A stretch of 64,000 nucleotides of DNA from Minutocellus sp. GHC0000111 (Eukaryota), in assembly GCA_977018835.1 (NCBI GenBank), contig OZ361256.1, positions 2,294,001 to 2,358,000 on the forward strand. The letters run 5' to 3'. Below are positions 11,722 to 22,787 of the stretch, one piece after another. Under the pieces are notes generated by a model, which worked only from the letters and a program-made list of their open reading frames with translations, had not been told where the DNA came from and did not search any database. The position numbers and the translations under genes were made by a program. The stretch's first letter is position 1. Every line of letters begins with the position of its first letter.

Positions 11722-12296
11722 ATTCGATTCGATTCTTTCTTTGTAGAGCGATTATAAATTGGATGGTGTTTGGGTTCTGTTGAATTGGGGAACAATGAGG
11801 AAGATCTTTTCTTCGTGATCGTGAGCCTTTTTGACAGTGGATGACATCGACGGTCGAGAAGCCTTCGCTCGTTTCCGATTTCGTTCGTTCGTTCGCTTTG
11901 CTCCGCGTGTGCGAACCCTACTGACTCATTCGACTGAATGGTCCAAACTGCTTTTTATGACGAGTGGTGCCCCGCGCGGGGGGTGGTTGTGGTGGTGAAT
12001 GTGCGCGGCACCAGGGGGGACCATCTGGTGTTGATGTCTTCTGTCTTCCGTGTTCTGTAGTACAGGCGTGTACGAGTATCACGATTGTTGCTGTTATCTG
12101 TTGCCGGTGAATAGATGCTTACAGATGTCCCGGGCGGCCTCTGCGAGTACTGATTTGTATTCCACGTTATTGTCGCTGCGCTTGTGCACTTCGTGCTGGT
12201 TGCGTTCTTTTTCTTCAATCTATTGCTCGCTGCGCGAGGCGCTTCGCGCTAATTGATTTGATCCGTGTCTCGTTTCGGGCGCAAGTTGTTGTTGCC

Positions 12297-13196
12297 ATGT
12301 CTGATGCGCCCACGTCGGTTCCTGACTTGTCGAGGTTCCGCTGCTTATCATCCGTGATTCATATTGACGAGGCTATCGACAGTGACTCGTACGTCGGTCG
12401 TGAGGTGGCGCGTCGGATTGTGGCCAAGTGTGCGGGTTTCGTTCGTGAAGAGGCCGACGATGACTTACCCGACGTTGGCGATGTCTTATCTTTTCTTCTC
12501 CGTCAATCTTGCTGCGTGAGATTCTTTTCTTGGTTGGAGAGCACCTATGTCCCATCGCATCTATCTCTGCCCTTTTCATCGGTATGGAGCTCCCAGCTGG
12601 AGTGTCAACGAACGATGAAGACTATGCTTGAGAATTCGGAACTTTCGGTTGTTTGTAGGGATCTATTCTTTATACGACAATTACTATGCGAAATATTTTC
12701 AATCTTTTTCATGCCGTCGAGGTTTGGTATTGTTGTTGAGCGTCGGTCTGATGAGATCAATTGGTCAGCTTCTCAGGAGTTAGTATCTTCCACAAAATAT
12801 CGTCGGTACCTCATGGATCCTTGTCTCATGGATTATGTTCGTTCCTGTCATTACAAGTCTGATGCATTTGGTCCTCGCATTATGTCTCCCGGCAGCTCTT
12901 TCTTGCATTTTTTGTGCCGGTATGATCACCCCTCGCTACGGAGCGTAATTATGGAGTATCACAGGTCGAATTTATTGTTTGGCGGCATTATTCACTCCCA
13001 GCATCGGCATGAAACTTCTGGGTCTCCGGCGCACCAATATCGGATCATGCATGATATCTTCGCGAACCGTGACCACAGCGAGACGTTTTCTCGATCCTCA
13101 CCCATGTTTATTCTTCTCCGTGATTTGTTTCAGAGTGGCGATGAGTACAATGGCTCATCTCTTGTCGGTGGCGATGACTATGGTCAGCCTTTGTAG
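12297..13196 (+). CDS. Hypothetical protein (orphan, ~300 aa)
   Basis: Long uninterrupted ORF, no recognisable motif. Confidence 0.5.
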   Translation: MSDAPTSVPDLSRFRCLSSVIHIDEAIDSDSYVGREVARRIVAKCAGFVREEADDDLPDVGDVLSFLLRQSCCVRFFSWLESTYVPSHLSLPFSSVWSSQLECQRTMKTMLENSELSVVCRDLFFIRQLLCEIFSIFFMPSRFGIVVERRSDEINWSASQELVSSTKYRRYLMDPCLMDYVRSCHYKSDAFGPRIMSPGSSFLHFLCRYDHPSLRSVIMEYHRSNLLFGGIIHSQHRHETSGSPAHQYRIMHDIFANRDHSETFSRSSPMFILLRDLFQSGDEYNGSSLVGGDDYGQPL

Positions 13197-13522
13197 CGTG
13201 ACAAACTTATGGATCACGATTTGGCGATGTTTATGGATCGTGGTGATGAAACCTCCGCCGAGTGGGCACAAATCACTCGGCCAAAGAAAGAGAGAGAGGG
13301 GGGGAGATAGAGATAGAGAGAGAGGCTACAGTAAAGTGCAACATTAAATCATCAAATCTTGTTACCGATTTCTTACTACTAGTAATGTTATTGTTGGAAG
13401 GTCTCTAATATATATTCATGCGATCAGTCATACTTTTATTACGCAGACGGGCAAGCAGCTCAAACAGTACAGTGTTACCAATATAAATATGCATTCATGT
13501 TCTCGGACGATGATCCCGAGGA

Positions 13523-15328
13523 TCACTTTTCAGTATTGTCCGCATTATTGTCGTCGTTGCCAATTGCGGCAGCGGCTGGGGTACCGGCAGTGGGAGCGGC
13601 AGCGGCTGGGGTACCGGCAGTGGGAGCGGCAGCGGCTGGGGTACCGGCTGCAGCATCAGTGGAAGGACTAGAAGCAGGAGAGCCATCAGCAGCGGCTGGG
13701 GTACTGGCGATGGACTTTGCAGCGGCTGGGGTACCGGCAGTGGGAGCGGCAGCGGCTGGGGTACCGGCTGCAGCATCACTGAAAGGACCAGAAGCAGGAG
13801 ATCCATCATCATTGTGAGATGGAGTCCGATGAGTTGGAGGGGATCCCGTCTTGGTCTCGGTGTACATCGGGATCTTCCTCATCTTGGAGGTGACCTTGGT
13901 GACCCTCACGAAGGTGTTTTTATGCTCGAGGAATTCCATTACCTTCTCCAGGTCACTGATCACCTTTGCTCGTTGCTTTCTTGTTTCAGTTATGGATTGG
14001 GTCGCGACGTCGGGGCAAGCTTTGATGAGTCTGGTCAGCTTCGCAAGTTTCGTTCCCTCCAAGTCCGTTGGTCCTAGAGCAATCTTGGCAGCTTTGATGA
14101 TGCTAACAATCCTATCTTTTGCCTCTCTGCCCAGATCGCTCTGATCCTTGGCGATAGTAGGCACTGTTCTGACGAGGGCTCCACCCACGATGGATGAATT
14201 AGCAGCAGCTGTCTCAGCGACAACTTTTTCGGAGAGCGCTCTGACCTCGGGGGTGATGTTGATTGTTTTGGCGTTGGGCGAGGATCCCTGCTTGGATGGC
14301 GTCGATGGTGACGTCTTGCTCTTCTTCGACGGCGATTCCTTGTCATCATTGTCCTTATCGGCACCACTTTTCTCGATCTTCTCGTCACCTTCTACATTCT
14401 CCTCATCATTCTTTTGCTTGTCGGCATTCTCTTCCACTGGCGACTTGCGTTTCGCAGCTTCTTGGCAATACCAATGAATACGGCATAGGAATAAAAATGT
14501 GAGCCACGAAAATTCTCGGAGAATGGCACTGTCCACTATCATGGAATACGAAAAATATGACCACCATCAGTTTTCCTTACCTCTTGACGTTGGCAATGGT
14601 CTCGCCTTAGGCGATCTGCTGCGTGCTTTTGGGGCCTTCGTCAGCTTCGATGGGAATCCCCATACTTGATCAGGTGCTAGTTTCTTGTCATCGTCGGCAA
14701 GTAGCTCACTTAACATTGTCCTAAGTCGATACTTTTCAGGGATATAGACCATGGCTGAGTTCGTAGCGAATGCGTCGATTATCACAGCACCCGTTTTTGC
14801 CGCATCACCCCTTGGGAAGAGCATCCAACTTTCCTTCTCTTCCTCACTCGCACTCATGCATCGTTTCACCTCGTCGGTTTCGTTGAGTCGCGTCGTGAGA
14901 GCATTGAGGATGAAAGGATAGCTCTTGAGAGCCAATTCGAGGAGGCTTGTCGGCGGATCTGATGACCATTCGACCATGGACGAGAATGCGACGCCGTTTT
15001 CCAATTTCGCTTCTGTCGAGTCGGGGCCATTGCGCACGTAGGCATCATGCGCCTTCACCAATGACGACGCCTGGACCATCTTAGAGGATGCTTCAGTTGC
15101 TGTGTATCCTCTTGTCATTATGGCAACAGCGGCGATATCCTTCATCGTCTCGGCGACAGCATGCAAAGATAAAACTATTGAGATCATCCGCTTTCTCGAC
15201 CATGAGCGCCGGCGGATTGGAGAAGATGTGTTCGACATCGGCGGGTGTGAAACCATAGTTGTGCCCCCACCAACCCAGCAGTCCTCTCGATAAATCAGAA
15301 CTTGGTCCGATCGACGAGTCCGTGTCAA
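13523..15328 (-). CDS. Hypothetical protein with acidic/basic low-complexity region and C-terminal Ala-Pro-Thr repeats; intron 14461-14580; start uncertain
   Basis: AGA G|GTAAGG donor and gccaag| acceptor join ORFs 14567-15328 and 13523-14542 in frame (..TSREAAKRK..). Confidence 0.6.
13566..13812. repeat. Coding minisatellite: 30-bp unit gcggcagcggctggggtaccggcagtggga within a ~120-bp higher-order duplication
   Basis: Directly visible; encodes AAAGTPAAAAPT-type repeats on the minus strand. Confidence 0.95.
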
Positions 15329-15959
15329 ACCTTTTACAACAGAACCTTTTCAGGGTTTGGCAGTCGTCGTAGGATGGATGTATCCCATGCTCGATGGGGT
15401 CTAGGAGACAGGATGCGTCTTGGACGCGTCCACTCGCAATCGTTGCATTGATACCCTGTGTGATGAACACGTACGTCAGCAACCTTGCCTCTTTGTCAAC
15501 AGGGAAACTGGCAAGGGTGATCGCCTCCATTTCCACCGTCGAGCCCCGAAAATCATAGATAGGATTGAGGTTGGTAGCGGGTCTCCCTCCGAGACAGCAA
15601 ATCATTTCATCCAAACCAATCGAATAAATCGTGGCATCGACACAGGATGAATGCGTGCATGTAGTTTGCCATTGGTATCTTCTAGTACTGATGCTTGAAT
15701 AAGGAGTCGACCAAGAGCGGCATGAAGGATCTGGGACTGAAGAGGATAGTTGTAATTGAAGATTAGGAAGAACAATGGTTAAATCTAAAACCGTGAATTC
15801 TTGCAAAATGGCATCGTCCATTCTCATGGAATTTTCATTTCGAAATGATGTCACCAATATTGCAAATGACGTCATACGGAAAATCAAATCGAGAAAGACA
15901 TACAAAAATTGATCAGGCCACGATCTTTCTACCAGAGTGGCGAGGACATCAGACATCAA
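15093..15959 (-). CDS. Hypothetical ORF or gene remnant overlapping the downstream gene in another frame
   Basis: 288-aa ORF, no motif; upstream in-frame stop. Confidence 0.3.
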   Translation of the reverse strand: MMSDVLATLVERSWPDQFLYVFLDLIFRMTSFAILVTSFRNENSMRMDDAILQEFTVLDLTIVLPNLQLQLSSSVPDPSCRSWSTPYSSISTRRYQWQTTCTHSSCVDATIYSIGLDEMICCLGGRPATNLNPIYDFRGSTVEMEAITLASFPVDKEARLLTYVFITQGINATIASGRVQDASCLLDPIEHGIHPSYDDCQTLKRFCCKRFDTDSSIGPSSDLSRGLLGWWGHNYGFTPADVEHIFSNPPALMVEKADDLNSFIFACCRRDDEGYRRCCHNDKRIHSN

Positions 15960-16617
15960 AGATCGTCGTCGCCTCTCTCATCCTTTTTCCTCAAGGACGA
16001 AGGCTCTCGCTCTCTTTGCACATCTGCCAATGCATGGCGTGTCAGCAGTGCCAATCTCCCTTGCGCTGCACTGTGAGTTCGAACACGCGCGCTACAATCG
16101 GCATATCGCTACAATCGGTGTGTCTTCGGCATGTCTTCGGCGCATTCATGTCATGCCATCTCATATCTTTTGCAACTCACCGTGATTTCACCCCCCGCCG
16201 TGTCCCCGCCGTTGGCCCTGTTATCGATTGCTTCCATCTTCGGCACAATATATCGTCGTCGTATTCGTCTTGCTTTCACGAAAGAACAATACAACGTACG
16301 TCGTGGTGGTACTATTCGTCTTGCTTTTCTTTTGCGTTGGGCGCCAAATCACCGTCTTGTGCCACATCGGCGATCTCGGTGATACGCCGATGACCACACC
16401 ACATGACACATCGCTTCGCAACAAATTAAATAGAGAAGGATAGAAACGAAGACTCCATAGGGCAGTGCTGGCAATTGCAACACACACAGAATCTTGTCTG
16501 TAGCAGTCTTGATTTAAAAAAATTTCAGCACAAGGGCACGGCTGGCTGAGAGCGCCCCCCCCCCCCCCCCAGGAACGAAAATGAGCAACCGCGACCCGGA
16601 AACCCGAGCAAACGAAA

Positions 16618-18153
16618 GTGCCCATTACTGAGGCCCAGTCGATGGTCCGATACTACCTCGACTTGTCCGATCTGGCCAAACTTCCCTGCTACTATCACCC
16701 CGATGATCTTGCCAAGGCTGCGGCCGCCAAGCATGGAGGTGCGGCCGGTCTTCTCAACGCCAAGGTTTTGGCCGAATCGATGGCCGAGGCGGCAGTCCTA
16801 GCCAGTCGCAACGGAGGGCTTCCATCCAATGAGGGAGCCCTAGATATTACGAGGAATCTTGTCTCGCCTGGCATAGAAATTCGTAACTCTACCCCTGGTG
16901 CCATCCTGGAGGGTCTCAAGTCGACGCAGGACGTGATGACGGGCGATCTCGTGCTCTGCGGTGAAAACGAAGACGACCTGCCGGTCTCCAGCTTCCAGAC
17001 GCTCCGCTTCGACGTCGGTGATCGCGTCAGTTGTCTCATTTCCTCGATGAACAGGTGGTGCTCGGGTAAAGTCGTTCTTCAGACTGTCTGGCGGCCCGGG
17101 CGCGGTCCATTCATGGCAAGTGGTGGGCAGCATGAGGGAGAGTACCGTATGCCTACGAGATTCCCTCCCTATACCGTGTTCCTCGATGATGGCCGAACCA
17201 TCTACGTTGCGGTGGACAGCAACCAGGTCATCCGCAAGGAATTATCCCTAGTAGAATTGACCAAAGCCCTCAACGTCGAGTTTGCCCAGACGTCGCACTT
17301 TGGTATCGCTACTACCAAGACGCTGGTCTATCGCGCTTATGCTGCTCTTGTCAGACTCTCCCGGTCTGCTCAGGACTTGGGGGGCGGGGTCATCGGTATC
17401 AGAAGCGAAGCGGCAGCCCGCGTTCTTGTTCCGAAATGCATGGGAACCGGTATAGTCGATCAACAATTTGGCCATACGACGCACTGTGGCAAGAAAATAT
17501 ACTGGGGCCAGATCGGGGATGCCAGAGACGGACCGGTCCTTGCCACCCCCGGCGACACTACTCTTCTCCTCTGGGAGAAAGATTTTCAGTATAAGGCCGG
17601 AGACAAGACATTCGAAATTGAAATCCCTCATCCCGCATTCAACGATACCCAGACTGTCACTGACACTTTCTCCGTCCGGCTTGCAATTCCAGTTGCTCGG
17701 GAGAAGTTGTTCCAACGTTTCCTCCTGCTTCAGAATGACGCAGGGCTCTACTACGACTCCGAGGAGAAGGAGGGGGCAAACGAGAGCACTTTCTTCCCAC
17801 GTCTCCATGAGCGGATCAACACACTTGCAGCCACGGCGTCTGTCTTTCCAAAGCTTGTCAAAAGCGAGGAGGAGAAGGAGCGTCTTTTGCAGGAGTTATC
17901 TGGTCTCCTTCAGAAGAAAGGCGTGTCTGTCAAGCCTGGCAACATCCGTGTGCATTCGTTCACGTCGCTATTCACTGCATTTACGCAAGGTGCTCTCCTC
18001 CGCGCATTCGAAAATGACTACCTGGGTTCTACTTTAGGCTGTGGGATGTGTCCAGTCTATGATGTTGCCATCAAACCCATCAGCGGCACAATGAAGACGC
18101 ACCACCCCGACTGCGAGTTCATGCTTGAATTCGGTGATCCCTTCTGCGGTTAG
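16618..18153 (+). CDS. Hypothetical protein with SH3-like module of the kind found in algal MYND-associated proteins
   Basis: LRFDVGDRVSC...WCSGKV...PYTVFLDDGRTIYVAVDSNQVIR; first ATG at 16642. Confidence 0.65.
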   Translation: MPITEAQSMVRYYLDLSDLAKLPCYYHPDDLAKAAAAKHGGAAGLLNAKVLAESMAEAAVLASRNGGLPSNEGALDITRNLVSPGIEIRNSTPGAILEGLKSTQDVMTGDLVLCGENEDDLPVSSFQTLRFDVGDRVSCLISSMNRWCSGKVVLQTVWRPGRGPFMASGGQHEGEYRMPTRFPPYTVFLDDGRTIYVAVDSNQVIRKELSLVELTKALNVEFAQTSHFGIATTKTLVYRAYAALVRLSRSAQDLGGGVIGIRSEAAARVLVPKCMGTGIVDQQFGHTTHCGKKIYWGQIGDARDGPVLATPGDTTLLLWEKDFQYKAGDKTFEIEIPHPAFNDTQTVTDTFSVRLAIPVAREKLFQRFLLLQNDAGLYYDSEEKEGANESTFFPRLHERINTLAATASVFPKLVKSEEEKERLLQELSGLLQKKGVSVKPGNIRVHSFTSLFTAFTQGALLRAFENDYLGSTLGCGMCPVYDVAIKPISGTMKTHHPDCEFMLEFGDPFCG

Positions 18154-18529
18154 TGTGGGTGGTACTAGGCCTAGTATGTCGCTGAGTGCGGCTCGATTCG
18201 AAAGCGACTCAAATAAAAAAAATTCTCAAGAAATTTGAATAGGATCGCCAAGGAGAACAAGACGGGAGCTGGATCTGAAGGTGTCTCATCTAGAAGTGCC
18301 ATATGCTACGTATCTCTGGGGGCTTACATGATTGCAATGCCAAGCGACAGGTAGATCTAGATATTTTATTTTCTGTTAATAATCACCAGCTCAATAACAA
18401 AGGCACAAAACTCCATTGAATATGTATGCCTGGTGGGATTCTATTTGTTATGCTTGCGACGACGAGATCAAGCTTTGTGCTGTCGGTGGCCCCGTTGTGA
18501 TCGCTTTAGCTAGATGGAAAGTGACCACT

Positions 18530-21500
18530 GTGATTCATAGAGTGGACAAGAGCACACCATCTATCAATAATCAAGCTCTTCTATTCTTTCAAGGCATAAA
18601 CTCAGGAATAGAGGTGCATGTGTTGATTGCACAGTTTGTGTTGGCAAACCATTGCATTCTCACACAATGATAAGTTAAACCAAAACCTCCAGGTTCTCCT
18701 CAACTTCTCCATCGCGATACCACTTTCTCGATAGGTATGCCTATCTACGCCAAATTGACGATGGCAAGGGTCCCACTCGGAAAGTATGTACCCTCGCTGG
18801 GGCCCGATAGCATTCTTCTGGCAATTGGGTTGATAGTTCGGCCAAACTATCTCATGTTGTCATTTTTGGAGGGTAACTTTTATTGAACTGGAAGGTCAAA
18901 AATACCAACATGACGATTGTTTGGGTCCATGCGCGTCCATTCACCACATCAGTACCTTATTCCCACCCACATACGATATGAGGCGGCTCATTGGTGGAAA
19001 GTTTCGCGGAGTGCTGCAAAGATTGGTGATTTTGTGAGTGTCGCAATGTTTCGAGGAGGTCGACGCCAGATTTCGCAGGGTGACGATTCCAAGTACCAAT
19101 ACTGATACTGAATGACAATAAATCACAAATACTCAATGGGGAGGGCATCATTCGACGGCAATTAATATACCTGAGAGAACTCTATGATCATGGAAGGTCA
19201 TTCGTACCAGTATAGAACGTAATGGAGGCAAATTGAAGTGAAAATTTGACGATTTTATCGTAAATCTCGTTGGTCGTCGACCTCCACGAAGAGTCAGGGC
19301 TTACAACTCAACAAATAATCACGAACTCAATAACACTCTCATAGAGCCGCCTCACGGTATATATCAAGTGGGATTCTATGGGTATTAGCTGTAGTAGAAC
19401 GACTTACTTGGCTATTCATAGACGTTACTATTATCTGAGAGTACGGTTGGGGCCGGCGGTAGCCCTGTTGTAACTGCTGTAGTCTATTGTGGTTACTAAG
19501 CTTCACAGAGTGGACACGTGTACACCATCAATTTAAAAGTAACTTCTTACATACACACATAATGGAACTAAAGCAAATAGAACACTCTTGGTTGCATCGG
19601 TATGCCGATCTATCATCGTCCTCTCTCAGGCAGTTTCTCCGGCAATTTATTTTGTTGAAGGCCCCAAAAAAATGAATGCAATCAACAAACTCACGCCCCA
19701 TCACTCGCAGCAACCCAATGAAACTCATCAAATATCAAAAGATACACAATACCAGGAGGCAACTGCGTGGGAGTGCTTGCGAATTTCTATGCATGGGGCG
19801 AATAGTATCAATTTCATGACTGAAATTCGAGAGGCCTCCGCTTCCAGCCCGTTTCACCAAGATGTTCCATGTGTGCCAAGAAGACATGTTACCGACCCTT
19901 TCTTTTTACCACCAGGCAACTTCCATATGCCTAGATACGTGGTAAAACCGATGGATCCATGGAAGGTGTCTTAATTCAGTCGACAGATACCAGCAGGTCC
20001 AATTAAGATGCAAAATTCCGATTCTGCAAGCACAATTTTTGACTAGATCAAGAGTTGACGCCCCTCAGACCGTCATGGAATGTCCCCAAGACACCGCAAT
20101 TCATCGTGAGAGAAGACAGCCTATCTAATTACACCGCACCAATTGACAATTAGTGCCCTGGTTCCCTGCAAAAAGCCCGATGTGGTCGATTCGACACCAA
20201 ATAGTCTGTTGCAGGTGTGGCAACAAAAAATCTAGGGTCGTCGACCTCCACGAAGGATTAGGTAGGACTCACACCTAGGTAGACCAACAACAAATACTCG
20301 CGAACTCAATAACGCTCGCAAAGAGCAGCACAACCATGTGTATTTAGTGGCATTCCATGGGTGGCAATTGCATTAGAATGTCTTGCTTGGCAATTTACAT
20401 AAAGACGCTACTGCTGACACCCAACAATAGCAAGATCGGGGCCGGCGGCAGCCCCGTTGCAACCACTGCACTAGTCTAGTAGATGCTTATAGCTACCCAG
20501 CTTCATAGAGTAGACAAGCTGTTGCCACCTATCTACTAGTAAATATAACTTTTTACCCATCCATATGATGGAGCTAAAGCAAATTGAACACTCATGCTCG
20601 CAAAGTAAGACGAGTTGGTGGCCACTGGATTTTCCGTCGAGGTCGACGCCAGATTTAGCGGAGGGCTCAGAGCCAAACATCACGACTACTGCATAGGAAC
20701 AACTCCGGGTCGCCCCGTTTTGTCAAAGACAGCGAAAACTACCCAAATCCGTCATTAGTGTACGTAAAATTAATACTAGGTTCTACGAGACCCTCAACCA
20801 ATACACCACCGCCAAGATGGTGAACAACGGCGCCGATAACAACGGTACCGGTTACAACCTGATCATGGCGAACCGCGGAGGAGCGCCGAGCACACCTCCC
20901 AAGTTACAGCCCGTGCCGCCGTCTAGCGCGCTCGCGCGACCGACCTCGGCCAAGCCAGCCGCCAAGAAGGGACGTAAGGCCAACTCGAAGAGGACGGGGG
21001 ATGCCATCCCCGCCGCCTCTCCATCCCGTAGCCACCGCGGCAAGCTCCGGAAGTCTGCTGATCCAGTAGATGCCGGGGGTGACGCGAAGATGGGCGAAGC
21101 AGCGGCCGCGTCAGGCTCGTCGGGCAGATACGCCGCGCTGGCAGATGTATTCGATGATACGTCGTCGGAGGGAATTCCTATTTGTCAAATCTTTGAATCG
21201 ATTTCGATTACGAAGCGAGTGTCCACTCCTTGGGTGTAGCGCCCCAAGGACCCTGGCAAACGTACGGAGCCCGTCAAGGGCGAGTTTAGATTTTAAACTA
21301 ATTCAGTGAGTTCTTTCTTTCTTTCTTACTGCTGCATAGGAATAATGGTATCAAACGACGACCCTTGGTATACCCGAGCGACCTCTATGTTCGTGAAAGG
21401 TCCTTTGTGCTGATGTTGAAACCTATAAAGACAAATCGATGTGAAAATGCAAGGATTTTTTCTGCAGTTCTCAGTGGTCGTCGACCTCTACGAAGGGTTA

Positions 21501-22300
21501 GTGTTCATTAATCAACAAGTAATCATAAACTCAACAACACTAGCACAGAGACCCGCCAAAATATATACCCACAGTGGAATTTCATGGGGAGTAACTTGAG
21601 TAGAATAACTGAATTGGTCACTGTCTGTCATTTTTGTAAACTAGTGGGGGACGGAGCCGAAACGTCCGGGGCCGATACACCTGTGTTCACCAATGTTGCT
21701 GCTGACTGACGAGGAGACAACTTCTGAGCGGAAAGGCCATCGATCAGCGATTCTTAGTATATCTGGTTGAAGTCTATGCTTGTGAAACGTCCTTTGTGCT
21801 GCTGCGAGAAACAACAAAGAGCCAAATAGATACGAAAGCGGTCCGTTTTGGTAGAAATCTCAACATCGTCGATACCCATGAAAGGCCATGGCTTATAAAT
21901 ACCAAGTAAAGAAATGATCACGAGCTCGACATCAACAGTATAAAACCCCGTCATAGTGTATTTCGAGGTGAGTTCTTTGGACAATAAAATGGCTTGCTTG
22001 GACACCTGTCGACGTTAATTTAATCCGAGAGTAAGGTTGAAGGGCTGGCGGTGGCCACCTGACCTTTCATCGCGTTAGATACATTCTACTAAGATAGATA
22101 GATGAAAGTGAAAACCGCGCTTCATAGAGTGGACAAGAACCAGTGCATTATCTATCTCAAATTCTCCCTTATACACTTATGTATAATAAAAAGGAAGCAA
22201 AAGCAATTAGTCCACTCTTGGTTGCTTGAGCATACTGGTCTATCATAGTCTCCGGGCAGCAAAAATGGCCCGTCGAAATCAAAAGAAAATTGGCGGTGAT
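18530..22300. repeat. Non-coding repeat, copy B, built from several diverged tandem subunits
   Basis: Motif gtcgtcgacctc(c/t)acgaag at ~19273, ~20237 and ~21478, degenerate at ~21865; motif ttca(t/c)agagt(g/a)gaca at ~18534, ~19502, ~20502 and ~22121. Confidence 0.88.
20700..21327 (+). mobile_element. Short internally deleted non-LTR retrotransposon-like insertion (628 bp)
   Basis: 15-bp TSD actactgcataggaa (20685-20699) / actgctgcataggaa (21328-21342); (TTCT)n tail 21311-21327; truncated basic ORF 20817-21239. Confidence 0.8.
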
Positions 22301-22787
22301 TACATGATCATGCCAACGAATGTGTATGTAAGGGACGAATTGTAAAATGCAATTCGACATGTGGAGTCGGAGGCTACATGTACTCCATTTCAAGCCCATC
22401 CCGACCTCCAGAAATTTTTATGTTCAAAGTCGATGGCATCATGCAAAATTAGAACAAAACAAAACGCCGGTTCAGTTGCATTATTCTCGTGTCTTTAGGT
22501 AATGCTTAGCTTTGTACTTCCTTCATTTGCTATCTCGTTGTTTTGCTTTTGATGCGAAGTTGAGCCAAGTGAACAATAGCATTCTTCAAAGAATGCGGGC
22601 ATTCCCTTGCAAGTGCATGGAAATGGAATAGATCACAAGGAGACACACTATCCTCAGTCATCTTCTCCTCATCATTATATCATGGAATTGCTCCCCGCAA
22701 TCTATGAAATGATAGTATTGGTACTTTGTATTGGTAACGTTTCATGTCGCGCATTTCTTCTTCTTCGTTCATAATTTATGCCTTCGC

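Noticed and set aside
13566..13812. 30-bp repeats as a CRISPR array
   Set aside because: Units are contiguous without unique spacers, in-frame coding, eukaryotic context, no cas genes.
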